NCBI RefSeq assembly: GCF_020723905.1 | Contig: NZ_DYHZ01000007.1 | Location: forward strand, 41,839-105,838 | From: Anaerolinea thermophila | Lineage (GTDB): Bacteria; Chloroflexota; Anaerolineae; Anaerolineales; Anaerolineaceae | Direction: 5' to 3' | Length of the DNA stretch: 64,000 nucleotides | Shown here: positions 1-11,164 of the stretch, one piece after another | How the letters are laid out: every line of letters starts with the position of its first letter | Position numbering within the stretch: position 1 is the stretch's first letter | The notes under the pieces: generated by a model | What the model was told of the DNA's origin: nothing | The model's input: the letters and a program-made list of their open reading frames with translations, nothing else | The model's database searches: none | Program-made: the position numbers and the translations under genes

Positions 1-2
1 GT

Positions 3-3000
3 ACTGTCCCGGAAGGGTGCAATGTCGAAGCCCTGTTTGGTCAGCGAAATCCGCTCCGGCATTTGCTTCAGACGGGCACAGAGCAGGGCAATGCTCTGCT
101 GGTTGCCAGTGTGGATGCTCACCCGGACTGGCATCAGAGCGCCCTGCTCAACGGGCTGGAAGCAAGAAGTTTTGTGGGATTGTACCTGCCGGGGAGAAGC
201 GGAAAACGCTACGGAGTACTGGTGGTTGGGCGCCGCACGCTGGGCGCATTCTCGGAAGAAGATCGGCGCATCTTTGAACAGTTATCGCGACAGGTCAGCA
301 CAGGCTTGCAGAACCTGCAATTGCTGGAAGAGATGCGGCGGCGTCTGGAAGAGGTCAACTACCTGCTGGAGTTCAGCCTTAAACTGAGTACTCTCAAACC
401 TGAAGAAATTTATCGCTCTCTGGTGGAGAGCGTCCGCGAAGTCCTTCCGCAGGCGCAGGCGGGCTGGGTGGGTTTATTCGATCCCGAACGGGCATTGATT
501 CACCCGCAGGTGGCTTCTGGCTATGTGGACAATGAAGCCGCCCTCAAGACTACTTACAGTCTGGTCAGTACCACCGGTTTGCTGGGAGATACACCGCGCC
601 TGCTGATGTTGCGCGTATTGCGCACAGGTGAACCGTTGCGTGTAGCCGAAGTGGATTTCCCGACTCAGTACCACCTCTCTCCAGAAGATTTGTTGAGTTA
701 CCGTCAGGCTACCCGCGGACGGTTGCCCATTTCCTGTATGATGTTGCCCTTGCGCCTTGCTGATAAGGTCAGCGGTGTGCTGGTGCTGGAGAACTTTGAA
801 CAGCCTGACGCCTTCCATGAAGAAGATGAAGCCCTGGCATATTCTTTCACCCAGCAGGCAGGACTGGCACTGGAGAATGCCCGTCTGTATCAGACGGTAG
901 AGGTGCGCGCTACCCAACTGCAAAGCTTGACGCAGACCTCCAGCCGCCTGACTTCCAGCCTGAAGCGCGAGGAACTGGTTGCGCAATTGCTCGATTTGCT
1001 TTCCTCTGTGGTGCCGTACGATACAGCCACCCTCTGGTTGCGGGAAGGCGACTGGCTGACCGTGTTTTCGGCGCGGGGTTTTGAAGACGATCAAAGCCGC
1101 ATCGGGCTTTCTGCTGCGGTGGAAGACAGCCTGCTCTTTCGCGAGATGGTGGAAACGGGGGCGCCGATTGCCATCAAAGATGTGCGTTCAGATGCCCGCT
1201 TCCCCGCACTGGTGCCACCCGATCGTCTCTCATGGTTGGGTATCCCGCTCATTGTCAAGGGTGAAGTGATCGGGCTGATTGCCTGTGAGAAAAAGGAAGC
1301 CGGGTTCTTTACCGATGAATATCTTCAGGTGGCGACGACCTTTGCCGGACAGGCGGCGGTGGCGCTGGAAAATGCCCGCCTCTTTGAAGAATCGGTGCGC
1401 CGTGCCGCCGAACTGGATCAGCGGTCCCAGCGCCTGGCGTTGCTCAACCGTCTCTCCGGGGAACTGGGACAATCCCTCGATATCCCTTACATTTTGCGTG
1501 TCACCGGTCAGCATCTGCAGGAAGCGCTCCGGGCGGACATTGTTGCCTTTGTAATGGCATCTTCTGATGGAGAGAATCTCCTCGAACTGGAAGAGCCGCT
1601 TCAGCAGGATCTTACCCTTCCGGTTGTGGTGCAAGATGTGCCCTTACTCAAACATCTGAAAGACACGCAGGGTATTTTCAATTCCGATACCCTGTCGGCG
1701 GAGACTGAACTGGGCGACTGGTATGGGCAGTATTTTGAGAAGCGGGGCATTCAGTCGTTGCTGGTTGTGCCGTTGATTGCCGCCAGCACCCTGCATGGCT
1801 GGATTCTGTTGCAGAAGCGGGAAGCCTACCGTTTTGCAGTGGCAGAGATCGAACTGGCGCGCACGGTGGCGAATCAGGCGGCAATTGCCATTCAGAACGC
1901 CCGCCTGTTTGAGGAAACCCGCAGTCTCACCGAGACGCTTGAAAGACGGGTGGAGGAGCGCACCAGCGAACTGCGCCGCGAGCATCAAAACTCGCAAACC
2001 CTGTTGCGGGTCATCAGCGAACTCTCCACCAGTCTGGATATGGATCTGGTGCTTAACCGCGCTCTGGGTGTCATTAACGAGTCGCTCGGTTCGCATGAGA
2101 GCCTTGCCTTCATGTTGCAGGGTAATGGAAAGCCGTTCCGTGCAGGCGAAAATCTCGTTGCCGCATGGGAGAGTGCCGGTCGAAAGGTAGCGCTGGAACG
2201 CGAGATCACCATGCTGGTAGCAAAAAACCGCAAGGCGCTCCTGCTTTCTGATGTATTAGCCGATCCGCGCTGGCAAATTCCCGCTTCGGAAACGCCCACA
2301 TACCGCAGTGTGCTGGCGGTTCCCATTATTATGGGCGAGGAGGTGCTTGGCGCGCTTTTGCTCCTGCATCGCGACCCCGGTTACTTCTATGAGAATCAGA
2401 TTCCGCTGGCAGAAGCCACCGCGCGACAAATTGGTATTGCCATTAATAATGCGGAACTGTTCAACTTGATTCGGGATCAGTCGGAGCATCTGGGCAAGAT
2501 GTTGCGCGAACAGCAAATTGAAGCCAGCCGCTCGCGCGCTTTGCTCGAAGCCATTGCCGACGGGGTGCTGGTCACCGATGGCGAGGGTAAGATTACCCTC
2601 TTCAACGCCTCTGCTGAACGCATACTGGATCTCAGAGCGCAGGATGTGGTTGGGCGTCCGCTGGAGCAGTTTTCCGGTCTGTTTGGACGCACCGGCACCA
2701 ACTGGTTGCGCACCATCCGGAACTGGTCGAAGGAACCCAAGTCCTACGGTGGTGAATTCTTTGCCGATCAGTTTGATCTGGATAACGGCAAAGTCATTGC
2801 GGTGCATCTGGCACCGGTATTCTGGCGTTCTCAATTCCTCGGCACGGTGAGTATCTTCCGCGATATCACCCATGAGGTACAGGTAGATCGCATGAAGTCT
2901 GAGTTTGTCGCCAATGTCAGCCATGAACTGCGCACACCGATGACCTCGATCAAGGGCTATGTGGAAATCATGCTGTTGGGTGCTACTGGCGAACTGACCC

Positions 3001-3593
3001 CGCAACAGCGCCACTTCCTGGAAATTGTCAAGAATAATACCGAGCGCCTTGGGGTTTTAGTTAATGACCTGCTGGATCTGTCACGCATCGAGTCGGGGAA
3101 GATCACCCTGAACATGACCGATTTGAACCTGCGCCTGCTGGCAGAAGAGGTGATGGAGTATGTCTCCCGCCGCTCTCAGGAAGAGGAAAAGCCCATGAAC
3201 TTCTCCCTGGAGGTGGCGGATGATCTGCCGCCCGTGCGTGGAGACGAAGAACGCATCCGTCAGGTGCTGACCAATCTGGTGGTGAACGGTTACAACTACA
3301 CGCCAGAAAATGGGCACGTGTGGGTGCGGATTTTCCGTAATAACGGTGAAGTCCAGGTGGACGTACAGGATGACGGCATTGGCATCAGCATTGAAGATCA
3401 GGACCGCATCTTTGAGCGCTTCTACCGCGGCGAAGATCCGCTGGTGTTGAAAACCGCTGGCACCGGCCTGGGGCTGGCGGTGGCAAAGACCATCGTCACC
3501 ATGCACAACGGACGAATCTGGTTCAAGAGCAGTGGGATTCGTGGTGAAGGCAGTACATTCTCTTTCACATTACCGATTAATTCTGTGGAGTGA
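3..3593 (+). CDS. Multi-GAF/PAS sensor histidine kinase, 5'-truncated by the window edge
   Basis: The frame is open from position 3. It has about five GAF repeats ending in 'A(L/I)xNARL' motifs, a PAS-like segment (DGVLVTDGEGKITLFN), H-box FVANVSHELRTPMTSIKGY and an HATPase with G-boxes (DDGIGI, GTGLGL). Confidence 0.95.
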   Translation, partial: TVPEGCNVEALFGQRNPLRHLLQTGTEQGNALLVASVDAHPDWHQSALLNGLEARSFVGLYLPGRSGKRYGVLVVGRRTLGAFSEEDRRIFEQLSRQVSTGLQNLQLLEEMRRRLEEVNYLLEFSLKLSTLKPEEIYRSLVESVREVLPQAQAGWVGLFDPERALIHPQVASGYVDNEAALKTTYSLVSTTGLLGDTPRLLMLRVLRTGEPLRVAEVDFPTQYHLSPEDLLSYRQATRGRLPISCMMLPLRLADKVSGVLVLENFEQPDAFHEEDEALAYSFTQQAGLALENARLYQTVEVRATQLQSLTQTSSRLTSSLKREELVAQLLDLLSSVVPYDTATLWLREGDWLTVFSARGFEDDQSRIGLSAAVEDSLLFREMVETGAPIAIKDVRSDARFPALVPPDRLSWLGIPLIVKGEVIGLIACEKKEAGFFTDEYLQVATTFAGQAAVALENARLFEESVRRAAELDQRSQRLALLNRLSGELGQSLDIPYILRVTGQHLQEALRADIVAFVMASSDGENLLELEEPLQQDLTLPVVVQDVPLLKHLKDTQGIFNSDTLSAETELGDWYGQYFEKRGIQSLLVVPLIAASTLHGWILLQKREAYRFAVAEIELARTVANQAAIAIQNARLFEETRSLTETLERRVEERTSELRREHQNSQTLLRVISELSTSLDMDLVLNRALGVINESLGSHESLAFMLQGNGKPFRAGENLVAAWESAGRKVALEREITMLVAKNRKALLLSDVLADPRWQIPASETPTYRSVLAVPIIMGEEVLGALLLLHRDPGYFYENQIPLAEATARQIGIAINNAELFNLIRDQSEHLGKMLREQQIEASRSRALLEAIADGVLVTDGEGKITLFNASAERILDLRAQDVVGRPLEQFSGLFGRTGTNWLRTIRNWSKEPKSYGGEFFADQFDLDNGKVIAVHLAPVFWRSQFLGTVSIFRDITHEVQVDRMKSEFVANVSHELRTPMTSIKGYVEIMLLGATGELTPQQRHFLEIVKNNTERLGVLVNDLLDLSRIESGKITLNMTDLNLRLLAEEVMEYVSRRSQEEEKPMNFSLEVADDLPPVRGDEERIRQVLTNLVVNGYNYTPENGHVWVRIFRNNGEVQVDVQDDGIGISIEDQDRIFERFYRGEDPLVLKTAGTGLGLAVAKTIVTMHNGRIWFKSSGIRGEGSTFSFTLPINSVE

Positions 3594-3602
3594 GGCGAAA
3601 GA

Positions 3603-3983
3603 ATGGCGAAGATTCTGATTGCCGAAGATGAACCCGATATTCGCGATCTGGTGAAATTTACGCTTGGTTTTGCCGGGCATGAAGTCATAGCGGTGGGGAA
3701 TGGCGAGGACGCCGTTGAGGCGGCGCGCGCTGAGAAACCCGATTTAATCCTCATGGATGTGCGTATGCCGCGCATGACCGGATATGAAGCCTGTGCCGCC
3801 ATGAAAGCCGATCCTTCCATTGCCCATATTCCTGTGGTGTTCCTGTCTGCAAAAGGGCAGGAATCAGAAATTCAAACCGGGCTCAGCGTGGGGGCTTCGG
3901 AGTATTTGCTCAAGCCGTTTGCTCCCATGGAACTGGCTCAGCGGGTATCTGAACTGCTGGAAAAGTACGCAAGTAAAGGATAA
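3603..3983 (+). CDS. Single-domain CheY-like response regulator
   Basis: ILIAEDE, DLILMDVRMP (phosphoacceptor Asp), VVFLSA and YLLKPF are all intact; it starts 9 nt after the kinase. Confidence 0.95.
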   Translation: MAKILIAEDEPDIRDLVKFTLGFAGHEVIAVGNGEDAVEAARAEKPDLILMDVRMPRMTGYEACAAMKADPSIAHIPVVFLSAKGQESEIQTGLSVGASEYLLKPFAPMELAQRVSELLEKYASKG

Positions 3984-3992
3984 GGGAGAACC

Positions 3993-4781
3993 ATGAGCGC
4001 AATCCTGCTGGATGGGCAGATGGTGCATTACGAGGTGCTGGGGCGGGGTCGCCCGGTCATCTTCCTGCACGGCTGGATTGGCTCCTGGCGTTACTGGATT
4101 CCCACCATGCAGGCGGCGTCCATTGCCTACCGCACCTATGCGCTGGATTTCTGGGGCTATGGCGATAGCGCCAAGGTGCCCGAACGCTACAACCTGGATG
4201 CGCAGGTTAACCTGCTGAAAGGGTTCATGGATCAAATGGGTATGGGGCGGGTTGCGCTGATTGGGCATGGATTGGGGGCTACGGTAGCGGTGATGTTTGC
4301 TCTGCGCAACCCGGACGTTGTCGATCGCGTTCTGGCGGTATCTTATCCGCTGGATGAGTCCCGCCTTCACCCCCGTTTGCGTACCCAGTCTCCCGAAGAA
4401 CTGGTGGACTGGCTGCTGGAGCGCAATCCTACCACCGAGCCGGTGCGCGTTGAAGCCGCCAAGACCGATCCGCGAGCCATTCAGGACTCGCTGGAGGGTT
4501 TAGCCACCATTGAAGCCCACGAAGCCAGTCAAAAACTGACCTGTGCCTGTCTGCTGGTGTATGGCGAAAAAGATCCTGTTGTCCCGGCACCATCAGATGA
4601 AGTCTTCCTGAGTCTGCCGTTCCAGACCCATGGGATTGTGTTTGACCAGTCAGGACATTTTCCCATCCTGGAAGAAAGCAGTAAGTTCAATCGCCTGGTG
4701 ATGGATTTCCTTTCGCTTGGGGTGGGGGAGAGTCCACGAATGTTGCAGTTGAAGGAAGAATGGAAACGCCGTGTGCGCTAA
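3993..4781 (+). CDS. Alpha/beta-hydrolase-fold protein lacking the nucleophile Ser (GHGLG)
   Basis: HGWIGSW oxyanion loop, ALDFWGYGDS, elbow GHGLG (codon GGA at 4269-4271), GEKD acid and GHF His. An AGGGAG RBS lies upstream. Confidence 0.9.
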   Translation: MSAILLDGQMVHYEVLGRGRPVIFLHGWIGSWRYWIPTMQAASIAYRTYALDFWGYGDSAKVPERYNLDAQVNLLKGFMDQMGMGRVALIGHGLGATVAVMFALRNPDVVDRVLAVSYPLDESRLHPRLRTQSPEELVDWLLERNPTTEPVRVEAAKTDPRAIQDSLEGLATIEAHEASQKLTCACLLVYGEKDPVVPAPSDEVFLSLPFQTHGIVFDQSGHFPILEESSKFNRLVMDFLSLGVGESPRMLQLKEEWKRRVR

Positions 4782-4798
4782 AGCAAGCCTCTCCAGAA

Positions 4799-4844
4799 AA
4801 ATCAAACGCCCTCTGCCTTGCAAAGACCAGAGGGCGTTTGATTT
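4799..4844. terminator. Bidirectional intrinsic terminator between convergent operons
   Basis: Perfect 17-bp inverted repeat AAATCAAACGCCCTCTG / CAGAGGGCGTTTGATTT with a 12-nt loop. Confidence 0.85.
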
Positions 4845-4859
4845 ACCAGAGGCGTGTTT

Positions 4860-5678
4860 TTATAAGCCGGAATAGGTTACGGTTGAGAGATCCCAGGCTT
4901 CGTGAATCTTCGGCACATCGCTGATCAAACGCCTGGTGTATGGGTGATGGGGGGTGAGGATAACCTGATCGGCAGAGCCGGATTCGACAATTTTGCCGCG
5001 CTCCATGATGTAAACGGTATCCGATACGTAATACGCCAGACCAATGTCGTGGGTGATGAAGATGATGGTCATGCCCACTTCGTCGCGCAGTTTCATTAAC
5101 ATATCCAGAATGGTGGCGCGCGAACAGGCATCAATCATCGAAGTGGGTTCATCGGCGATGAGAATCTTGGGCTTCAGCAGGAAGATGCGGGCAATCATCA
5201 GGCGTTGCATTTGCCCGCCCGAAAGTTCGAAGGGGTACTTGTTGGTCAACTCTTTGTATTCCAGGTTGACGAAACTGCATGCCTCGCTCATCAGTTCGAT
5301 CTTCTTCTCGCGGGGTAACCAGAAATCCCCCCGCATGCGGATACAGTCCAGCAGAAGGGTATCAATCTTATTGAAGATGTTATAGGCGGAATAGGGGTCT
5401 TGAAAGATTGCCTGAATGTTCTTCCAGTACTCCCGTTTCTTCCGCTGGGTGCTGATGTCCCGCTTCTTCCCCTGGAAGTAAATTTCCCCTTCGGTGGGGT
5501 TGAGAAGCCCTAAAAGCATTTTTGCCAGGGTAGTCTTGCCGCTCCCTGATTCGCCCACGATGGAACACACCTCGCCTGCACGAATTTCAAAATTCACGTG
5601 GTCTACCGCAATGGTTTTCTGTTTCCCCCAGCCGAACACTTTGGTCAGGTTTACCCCTTGCAAAACAGTGTCATTCAT
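4860..5678 (-). CDS. oppF: Opp/Dpp-family ABC transporter ATP-binding subunit (OppF-like)
   Basis: Walker A GESGSGKT, signature LSGGQMQR, Walker B ILIADEP, HPYT tail. Confidence 0.9.
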   Translation of the reverse strand: MNDTVLQGVNLTKVFGWGKQKTIAVDHVNFEIRAGEVCSIVGESGSGKTTLAKMLLGLLNPTEGEIYFQGKKRDISTQRKKREYWKNIQAIFQDPYSAYNIFNKIDTLLLDCIRMRGDFWLPREKKIELMSEACSFVNLEYKELTNKYPFELSGGQMQRLMIARIFLLKPKILIADEPTSMIDACSRATILDMLMKLRDEVGMTIIFITHDIGLAYYVSDTVYIMERGKIVESGSADQVILTPHHPYTRRLISDVPKIHEAWDLSTVTYSGL

Positions 5679-6678
5679 TTTGGTACACCTTTCTTAATTG
5701 TTCCTCAGGAAAGATACAGCGGTAAGCCCGGTTGTTGGCAGCCTCGCGCATATAAATGGATTGCACCCGGCATTCTGCCTGCACGTACTTACAGCGGTCG
5801 GCAAAACGGCATCCTTGAGGTGGACGCTTGAGGTTGGGCGGGGCGCCTGGAATGGCGGTTAATTTCACATCCCGCACTCCGCTTTCGGGTACGATGATGG
5901 AGCCCATCAAGCCTTTGGAGTAAGGGTGCAGCGGATCAAACACCACCTGTTGAGCTGTCCCCTGTTCAACAATTTGTCCGGCATACATCACCATGATATC
6001 GTCGGTGACATTGTAGAGCAGGGGCAGTTCGTGGGTGATAAAGATCATCGCCTTGACCAGTCCCTTCTCCATCATGTCTTTCAGCATCTTAATGACCATT
6101 TTCTGCGAGGTCACATCCAGAGCCGAAGAGGGTTCATCGGCAATCAGGACTTTCGGCGAAAGGATAACTGAGGTGGCAATCACCGTGCGCTGTTTCATCC
6201 CGCCAGATAGTTCCACCGGATATTTTTGAAGTACCTCAGCAGGCAATCCCAGTTCCTCGAAGCGCTGCCGAGCCATATCGTGGATTTCTTTCTTGGGCAC
6301 TTTGGGATCGTGAGCGTGAATAACATCCTCAATGAAGTTGATGATCTTCAACGTGGGGTTGAGTGCGTTCATTGCCGCCTGTGGGATATAAGCAATTTCT
6401 TTTCCCAATATTTTTCGGCGCACTTCATCAGGGTGCATTTTGGAGATGTTTTGCCCGTCAATGATGATATCGCCGCTGATGTAATGAAGCGGGGCAAAAT
6501 AATATCCCATCAGGCTCAGGGCAAGGGTAGATTTTCCACACCCGGATTCTCCCGCAATCCCTAAGGACTTGCCTTCTTCCACCTTCAAGGAGACCCGGTC
6601 TACGGCATACACATTTTCCCCAAAGCGGGTGACGTACTTTGTGGAGAGTTCTCGAACTTCCAGAATAACTTTTCCCAT
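5671..6678 (-). CDS. oppD: Opp/Dpp-family ABC transporter ATP-binding subunit (OppD-like)
   Basis: [17 protein letters not shown]-terminal Cys cluster GCRFADRC. Start moved to ATG 6678 (MGKVILEV) after a GAGG RBS. Confidence 0.9.
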   Translation of the reverse strand: MGKVILEVRELSTKYVTRFGENVYAVDRVSLKVEEGKSLGIAGESGCGKSTLALSLMGYYFAPLHYISGDIIIDGQNISKMHPDEVRRKILGKEIAYIPQAAMNALNPTLKIINFIEDVIHAHDPKVPKKEIHDMARQRFEELGLPAEVLQKYPVELSGGMKQRTVIATSVILSPKVLIADEPSSALDVTSQKMVIKMLKDMMEKGLVKAMIFITHELPLLYNVTDDIMVMYAGQIVEQGTAQQVVFDPLHPYSKGLMGSIIVPESGVRDVKLTAIPGAPPNLKRPPQGCRFADRCKYVQAECRVQSIYMREAANNRAYRCIFPEEQLRKVYQNE

Positions 6679-6686
6679 GTCAACCT

Positions 6687-7937
6687 CTATTCCCTCAATG
6701 CAGGATTGAACACCTGATCCAGACCGGTGTTCATCAGGTTCATCGAGAAGGTAATCAGCGCAATGGTCACCAGTACGGGGAGGTATGCCCACCATTTGCC
6801 TAAGACGTGCGCCTGATAAATCATCGCCCAGTTCATCATCAAGCCCAGGGTTGGCACCTCTGTGGTGCGCGGTCCCAGCCCCAGAATGGAAAGCCCCGCT
6901 TCTGCCAGAATGCCGGAAGAAATTTGCAGAATCAGCGCCATTACCACGTAGGACATGATGTAGGGCAGGATGTCGTTAAGGATGATGTAAACTGTTGAGT
7001 GTCCGGACAGGCGGGAAAGGTTGACGTGGTCGCGGTTGCGCAGGGAGAGTACCTGCGCGCGCACGGCTCTTGCCGTCCACACCCACGAAGTGAACCCGAT
7101 CACCGTTGCGATGGTTATGGCGCCGCGTTTATCCTGTCCAATGCTGAAGGAAATGAGAATCAGCAGAACGAACGAAGGGATGACAATCAGCAGGTTGGTA
7201 AAGAACATGATGATATCATCCACCATGCCGCCAAGGTACCCTGCCAGCAATCCCAGTACCAGACCAATGAGGGTGGCAATCAATCCTGCCACAAAACCGA
7301 TTTGCAGGGAGACCCCTGCGGCTTTAACCAGTTCGGTCAACACATCGCGGCCAAAGTTATCGGTTCCGAGCGGCAGGACGCGCACGTTAGGCACTTCATT
7401 TATATTGGCATAATCGGACTGTTCAATGACCTTGACCTGTTCTAACTGCCCGGTTTGAGCGTTGGGGAGAGCCACAATCAGTCCTTCTGTTGCCAGTAAC
7501 CCTTTGAGCGAATTGTTAAGCCGCTGGTAATAGCGCATTTTCGCCAGGGTCATTCCCTCGATGTTCTTGTTGGGGTCATAGTTCTTTTCCCATAAATCCA
7601 GCAGTTTGGCGGTGTCTTCAATGTCTATTTCCTCTTCGGGAATACCTGCTGCCAGTAAAAATTCCTTCATGTCCTGACGCTCTTTTGGCCCCAGTTTGTC
7701 GGCAATGCGTTTGGTGGTGGCATCAGGCAGGTTCAAAGTGTACGGAGAGACGTTCACGGAGTCGTACACGTTGACATAAATTCCGGGCGGGAAGAACGTA
7801 CCTAAACCAATAATCGCCAGCGGATCATCCGGAACAAGCAGGGGGTAAATCAGCACAATCAGCAGTAAACTGACAAAAATGACAAACCCTGTTACGAATT
7901 TTCCGGAACGAAAGACCTGTCGAAGGGTATGGATCAT
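6687..7937 (-). CDS. oppC: Opp/Dpp-family permease (OppC-like) with a large extracytoplasmic insertion
   Basis: [10 protein letters not shown] motif, EAA-like loop and [12 protein letters not shown]. About 150 hydrophilic residues are inserted after TM1. Confidence 0.9.
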   Translation of the reverse strand: MIHTLRQVFRSGKFVTGFVIFVSLLLIVLIYPLLVPDDPLAIIGLGTFFPPGIYVNVYDSVNVSPYTLNLPDATTKRIADKLGPKERQDMKEFLLAAGIPEEEIDIEDTAKLLDLWEKNYDPNKNIEGMTLAKMRYYQRLNNSLKGLLATEGLIVALPNAQTGQLEQVKVIEQSDYANINEVPNVRVLPLGTDNFGRDVLTELVKAAGVSLQIGFVAGLIATLIGLVLGLLAGYLGGMVDDIIMFFTNLLIVIPSFVLLILISFSIGQDKRGAITIATVIGFTSWVWTARAVRAQVLSLRNRDHVNLSRLSGHSTVYIILNDILPYIMSYVVMALILQISSGILAEAGLSILGLGPRTTEVPTLGLMMNWAMIYQAHVLGKWWAYLPVLVTIALITFSMNLMNTGLDQVFNPALRE

Positions 7938-7939
7938 GG

Positions 7940-8959
7940 CTATCCTCCTTGTTCTTCCGCCTGGGCGGCTTTGATGCGCGGGTCAATGATCCCGTAGAGA
8001 ATTTCTATCAGGAAGTTGGCAATCAGTGTCATGATGGTGATAATCAGCGTCACTGCTGAAATCAGCGGGTAGTCCTGTCCCATGACGCCGTTGAGCATGG
8101 TGTAACCCAGCCCCGGGTAACTGAAGACAATTTCCGCAACCAGCGCGCCGCTTACCATCGTGCCGATGGAAAGCGCCAAACCCGTAATCTGAGGAAGCAT
8201 GGCGTTGCGGAAGACATAGCGCACAATCACGCGGTCTTTAATCCCGAGGAAGCGCGCATACTTTACATAATCTGCATTCAGTTCATAAATGGACATGGAG
8301 CGCATGCCAATGGCTTGCCCCCCGATGATGATCAACACAATGGACCAGAAGGGTAACTGGTAGTGAACAATAACCGACCAGATGAACTCCCAACTGAAAT
8401 TGGGGATCAGGTTGTATCCGTACCCTCCGGATGTGGGGAACCATTTCAGGTTCACCGCAAAGATGACCATCAGGATGATCGCCATGCCGAATGCAGGGAA
8501 ATTGCTCACGAAAATGCTGATGGGCATAAGGACTTTATCAAAGCCCTTTTTCAGATACGCCGCCATCGCTCCCAGGGCGTTTCCAATGATCCACCCCACG
8601 ATGATGGCTGGAAACTGCAGGGCAATCGTCCAGACGATGGAAGCGCGGATAATATCTGCCACCGGTCTGGGATACTGGCTGAAAGACGTCCCGAAATTCC
8701 CCTGCAGAATGTTCTTCATGTATATGAGGAACTGCTCGTGGATGGGTTTATTGGTGCCAAATTGCTCGGCGTACCGCTCGTAAACCTCTTTCATGCCGGT
8801 GGTATTGGACATACCCTGGGCAATTCTGGCTGTAATGGCGGCTACCGGGTCGCCGGGCATGAGGCGGGGAAGGGTAAAGTTCAAAATAAACGCAAACACA
8901 GCGGTGACCAGCAACCAGGCAAGTTTGTTCAAAAAATACCGCAGGTAACTCTTTGACAC
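7940..8959 (-). CDS. oppB: Opp/Dpp-family permease (OppB-like)
   Basis: [41 protein letters not shown] start at 8959 follows a GAGGAGG RBS. Confidence 0.9.
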   Translation of the reverse strand: MSKSYLRYFLNKLAWLLVTAVFAFILNFTLPRLMPGDPVAAITARIAQGMSNTTGMKEVYERYAEQFGTNKPIHEQFLIYMKNILQGNFGTSFSQYPRPVADIIRASIVWTIALQFPAIIVGWIIGNALGAMAAYLKKGFDKVLMPISIFVSNFPAFGMAIILMVIFAVNLKWFPTSGGYGYNLIPNFSWEFIWSVIVHYQLPFWSIVLIIIGGQAIGMRSMSIYELNADYVKYARFLGIKDRVIVRYVFRNAMLPQITGLALSIGTMVSGALVAEIVFSYPGLGYTMLNGVMGQDYPLISAVTLIITIMTLIANFLIEILYGIIDPRIKAAQAEEQGG

Positions 8960-9019
8960 AGGGCCTCCTCTTTCACCACTCACTCAATCACTCATTTCAT
9001 TACATATCCATTATATAGT

Positions 9020-9057
9020 GAACAGCCATGTTCTGGGTTAACAGAACATGGCTGTTC
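9020..9057. other. Intra-operon stem-loop between the SBP and permease genes
   Basis: Perfect 16-bp inverted repeat GAACAGCCATGTTCTG-GGTTAA-CAGAACATGGCTGTTC. This position is typical for hairpins that stabilise SBP mRNA. Confidence 0.75.
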
Positions 9058-9073
9058 CTGAGGTTATGATTGT

Positions 9074-10990
9074 TTACGGATTGACGAGTTTGAGGTTATA
9101 GAGACCGGCGATGCTCCAGCCATCCGTCAGATTCAACGGTGGAACGGGCGGGTTGGTGCCGTCACCCTGGTGCGGGAAGTTGGTCCACACACCTTCGTAC
9201 ACCGTATGGAAGGACTGCGGGCGATACATGAGGGTGAAGGAAGGAACGTCGGTCAGGTAGATCTCAACCAGGCGCGTGTAGGCTTTCTTGATTTCTTCCT
9301 GGTCGGTCATGGTCGGGATCTTCTTGATCAGTTCATCCACCTCGGGGTTCTTGTAGCCGCCCCAGTTGCCGGTCCAGTTGTTGGTGGTCTCGGCGAATTC
9401 GGAGGACAGCAGGTTGCGGATGCGGCCCCAGGGCATGGTGGGTCCAGCGCCGGCGCTCCACATCATGAAGATGTCGTAACCCGTCTCGGGCAGCGGCCAG
9501 TTGGTGACCACAGTCTGATACACCGACCATTCAGGATAGTTGGTGGTGATGTCAATGCCGATCTTCTTACCGGCGGCAGCAACCACCTCGATGGCGGCTT
9601 GCCAGTCAGACCAACCGTTCGGGCAGGTGGCGACGTACTGCAGTTTCTTGCCGTTGTACTCGCGCCAGCCATCGCCGTCGGTGTCCACGATTCCAGCCTC
9701 ATCCAGCAGTTTCTTGGCGCCTTCGATGTCATTGCCTTCCCACTGCAGGCTCTTGACGGCTTCGCGGTCATAGAGGGCCTGTTCGCCGGGGGTCGGGTTC
9801 ATCAGTGAGCGCGGAACCTGCTTGAAGGTTGCCGACTGATTGGTCATGGCGTTCGCCACGATGGTGTCGTAATCCACTGCGATGGCAATGGCTTTGCGCA
9901 CGGCTACCTGATCCAGCCCGTAAGAGCGCAGGTTGTAGAAAGCGGTGGGCAGGCTGGCGCCGATGTTATAGGGCGGTTCGGGCAGGTAGGTGGAGATGGG
10001 CAGTCCGTCCTTCAGCCACAGATCCTGGACGTTGGAGTTGAACTGCTGGCTGACATCCACTTCCCCGGCTTTCAGCGCGGTGGTGCCGGCGGCATTGTCC
10101 TTGAAGATCACATGGGCGAGGTATTTCGGAGCCGGCAGTTTGCCCCACATGGAGGGATCTTTGCCCCAGTAATTGTCATCGCGCACGAGGACAACCTTGG
10201 TTTCATCCGTGTAGAACTTGTGATAGGGACCAGAGTACACCACATCCTCGGCGGGATCGGTGAGGAATTTCGCCGGATCGCCACCGGTGCGCTCTTCCAG
10301 TTTCTGGGTCCACGCCTTCTGGAGAACGTAGTTGCTGCTCACGTAAGCCGCAACGATCAGCGGGTTGACGGCTTTCCCGTCTGCGTCCAGTTTGGCTTTG
10401 ATCACCACCGTCTGAGGATCAACCGCTTCGATGGCTTCGATGTAGTCCTTGTTGGAAGCGCCGGTGGAGGTGTTGTACTTCACATGGGCGTACCAGGTGT
10501 AAGCCACGTCTTCAGCGGTCACCGGCGTGCCATCGCTCCAGCGGGCGGCGGGTTTAATCTTGAAGGTGATCTCGGTCATGGCGTCGTTCCAGGACCAGGG
10601 CCCATCCGCCAGCAGGGGGTACTGCTTGCCGTCCAGCATGTTGTACAGGTACGGCGTCTCAAACATGGTCACGCGGGCATTGTCACCCTGCGAAATCGCC
10701 ATGGCGTTGTTGCAGGATGAGGAATACGGGTTCCAGCACACCACCGGACCCCACTGTTGACCGTTGAAGTACAGGGTCTCCTTGCGGGGGAGGGCGGCGG
10801 CGATTTCAGCCGCGGACAGTTCCTTGGTGGGCTGCACTTCCGGCGCCTTGGTGGGTTCCTCTTGAGGAGCCTGAGTGGGCGCGGCAGTGGGCTCAGCGGG
10901 CGCCGCGGTGGGGGTTGCCGCAGGGGCGCACGAAGCCAGGAGCATGCTGAGCATCAGCAATGCAGACAAAAACCAGGTCAAACGTTTCAT
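9074..10990 (-). CDS. Family-5 ABC substrate-binding lipoprotein, probably oligosaccharide-binding
   Basis: Lipobox LASC, Ala/Pro/Thr linker and SBP_bac_5 motifs ([29 protein letters not shown]). The sugar substrate is inferred from resemblance to Thermotoga-type Opp sugar-binding proteins. Confidence 0.85.
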   Translation of the reverse strand: MKRLTWFLSALLMLSMLLASCAPAATPTAAPAEPTAAPTQAPQEEPTKAPEVQPTKELSAAEIAAALPRKETLYFNGQQWGPVVCWNPYSSSCNNAMAISQGDNARVTMFETPYLYNMLDGKQYPLLADGPWSWNDAMTEITFKIKPAARWSDGTPVTAEDVAYTWYAHVKYNTSTGASNKDYIEAIEAVDPQTVVIKAKLDADGKAVNPLIVAAYVSSNYVLQKAWTQKLEERTGGDPAKFLTDPAEDVVYSGPYHKFYTDETKVVLVRDDNYWGKDPSMWGKLPAPKYLAHVIFKDNAAGTTALKAGEVDVSQQFNSNVQDLWLKDGLPISTYLPEPPYNIGASLPTAFYNLRSYGLDQVAVRKAIAIAVDYDTIVANAMTNQSATFKQVPRSLMNPTPGEQALYDREAVKSLQWEGNDIEGAKKLLDEAGIVDTDGDGWREYNGKKLQYVATCPNGWSDWQAAIEVVAAAGKKIGIDITTNYPEWSVYQTVVTNWPLPETGYDIFMMWSAGAGPTMPWGRIRNLLSSEFAETTNNWTGNWGGYKNPEVDELIKKIPTMTDQEEIKKAYTRLVEIYLTDVPSFTLMYRPQSFHTVYEGVWTNFPHQGDGTNPPVPPLNLTDGWSIAGLYNLKLVNP

Positions 10991-11140
10991 GTTCTCTTTC
11001 TCCTTCTTGAAGTCAAGTTAAGAAATGGTTGAATTGTTTAGATGAGAGAGATTCGGCTATTTTCTCGGGAGTCCATCACCTCCTTTCATCAGGGAGTAGA
11101 AAGCAAAAAGGTTTCCATCTCCCATTATCCGCAGGGAGTA

Positions 11141-11164
11141 TTTTCTGTTAAGGATAACAGAAAA
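11141..11164. promoter_or_regulatory. Perfect palindrome upstream of the SBP gene (candidate operator)
   Basis: TTTTCTGTTA-AGGA-TAACAGAAAA, about 150 bp upstream of the SBP start. Confidence 0.45.
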
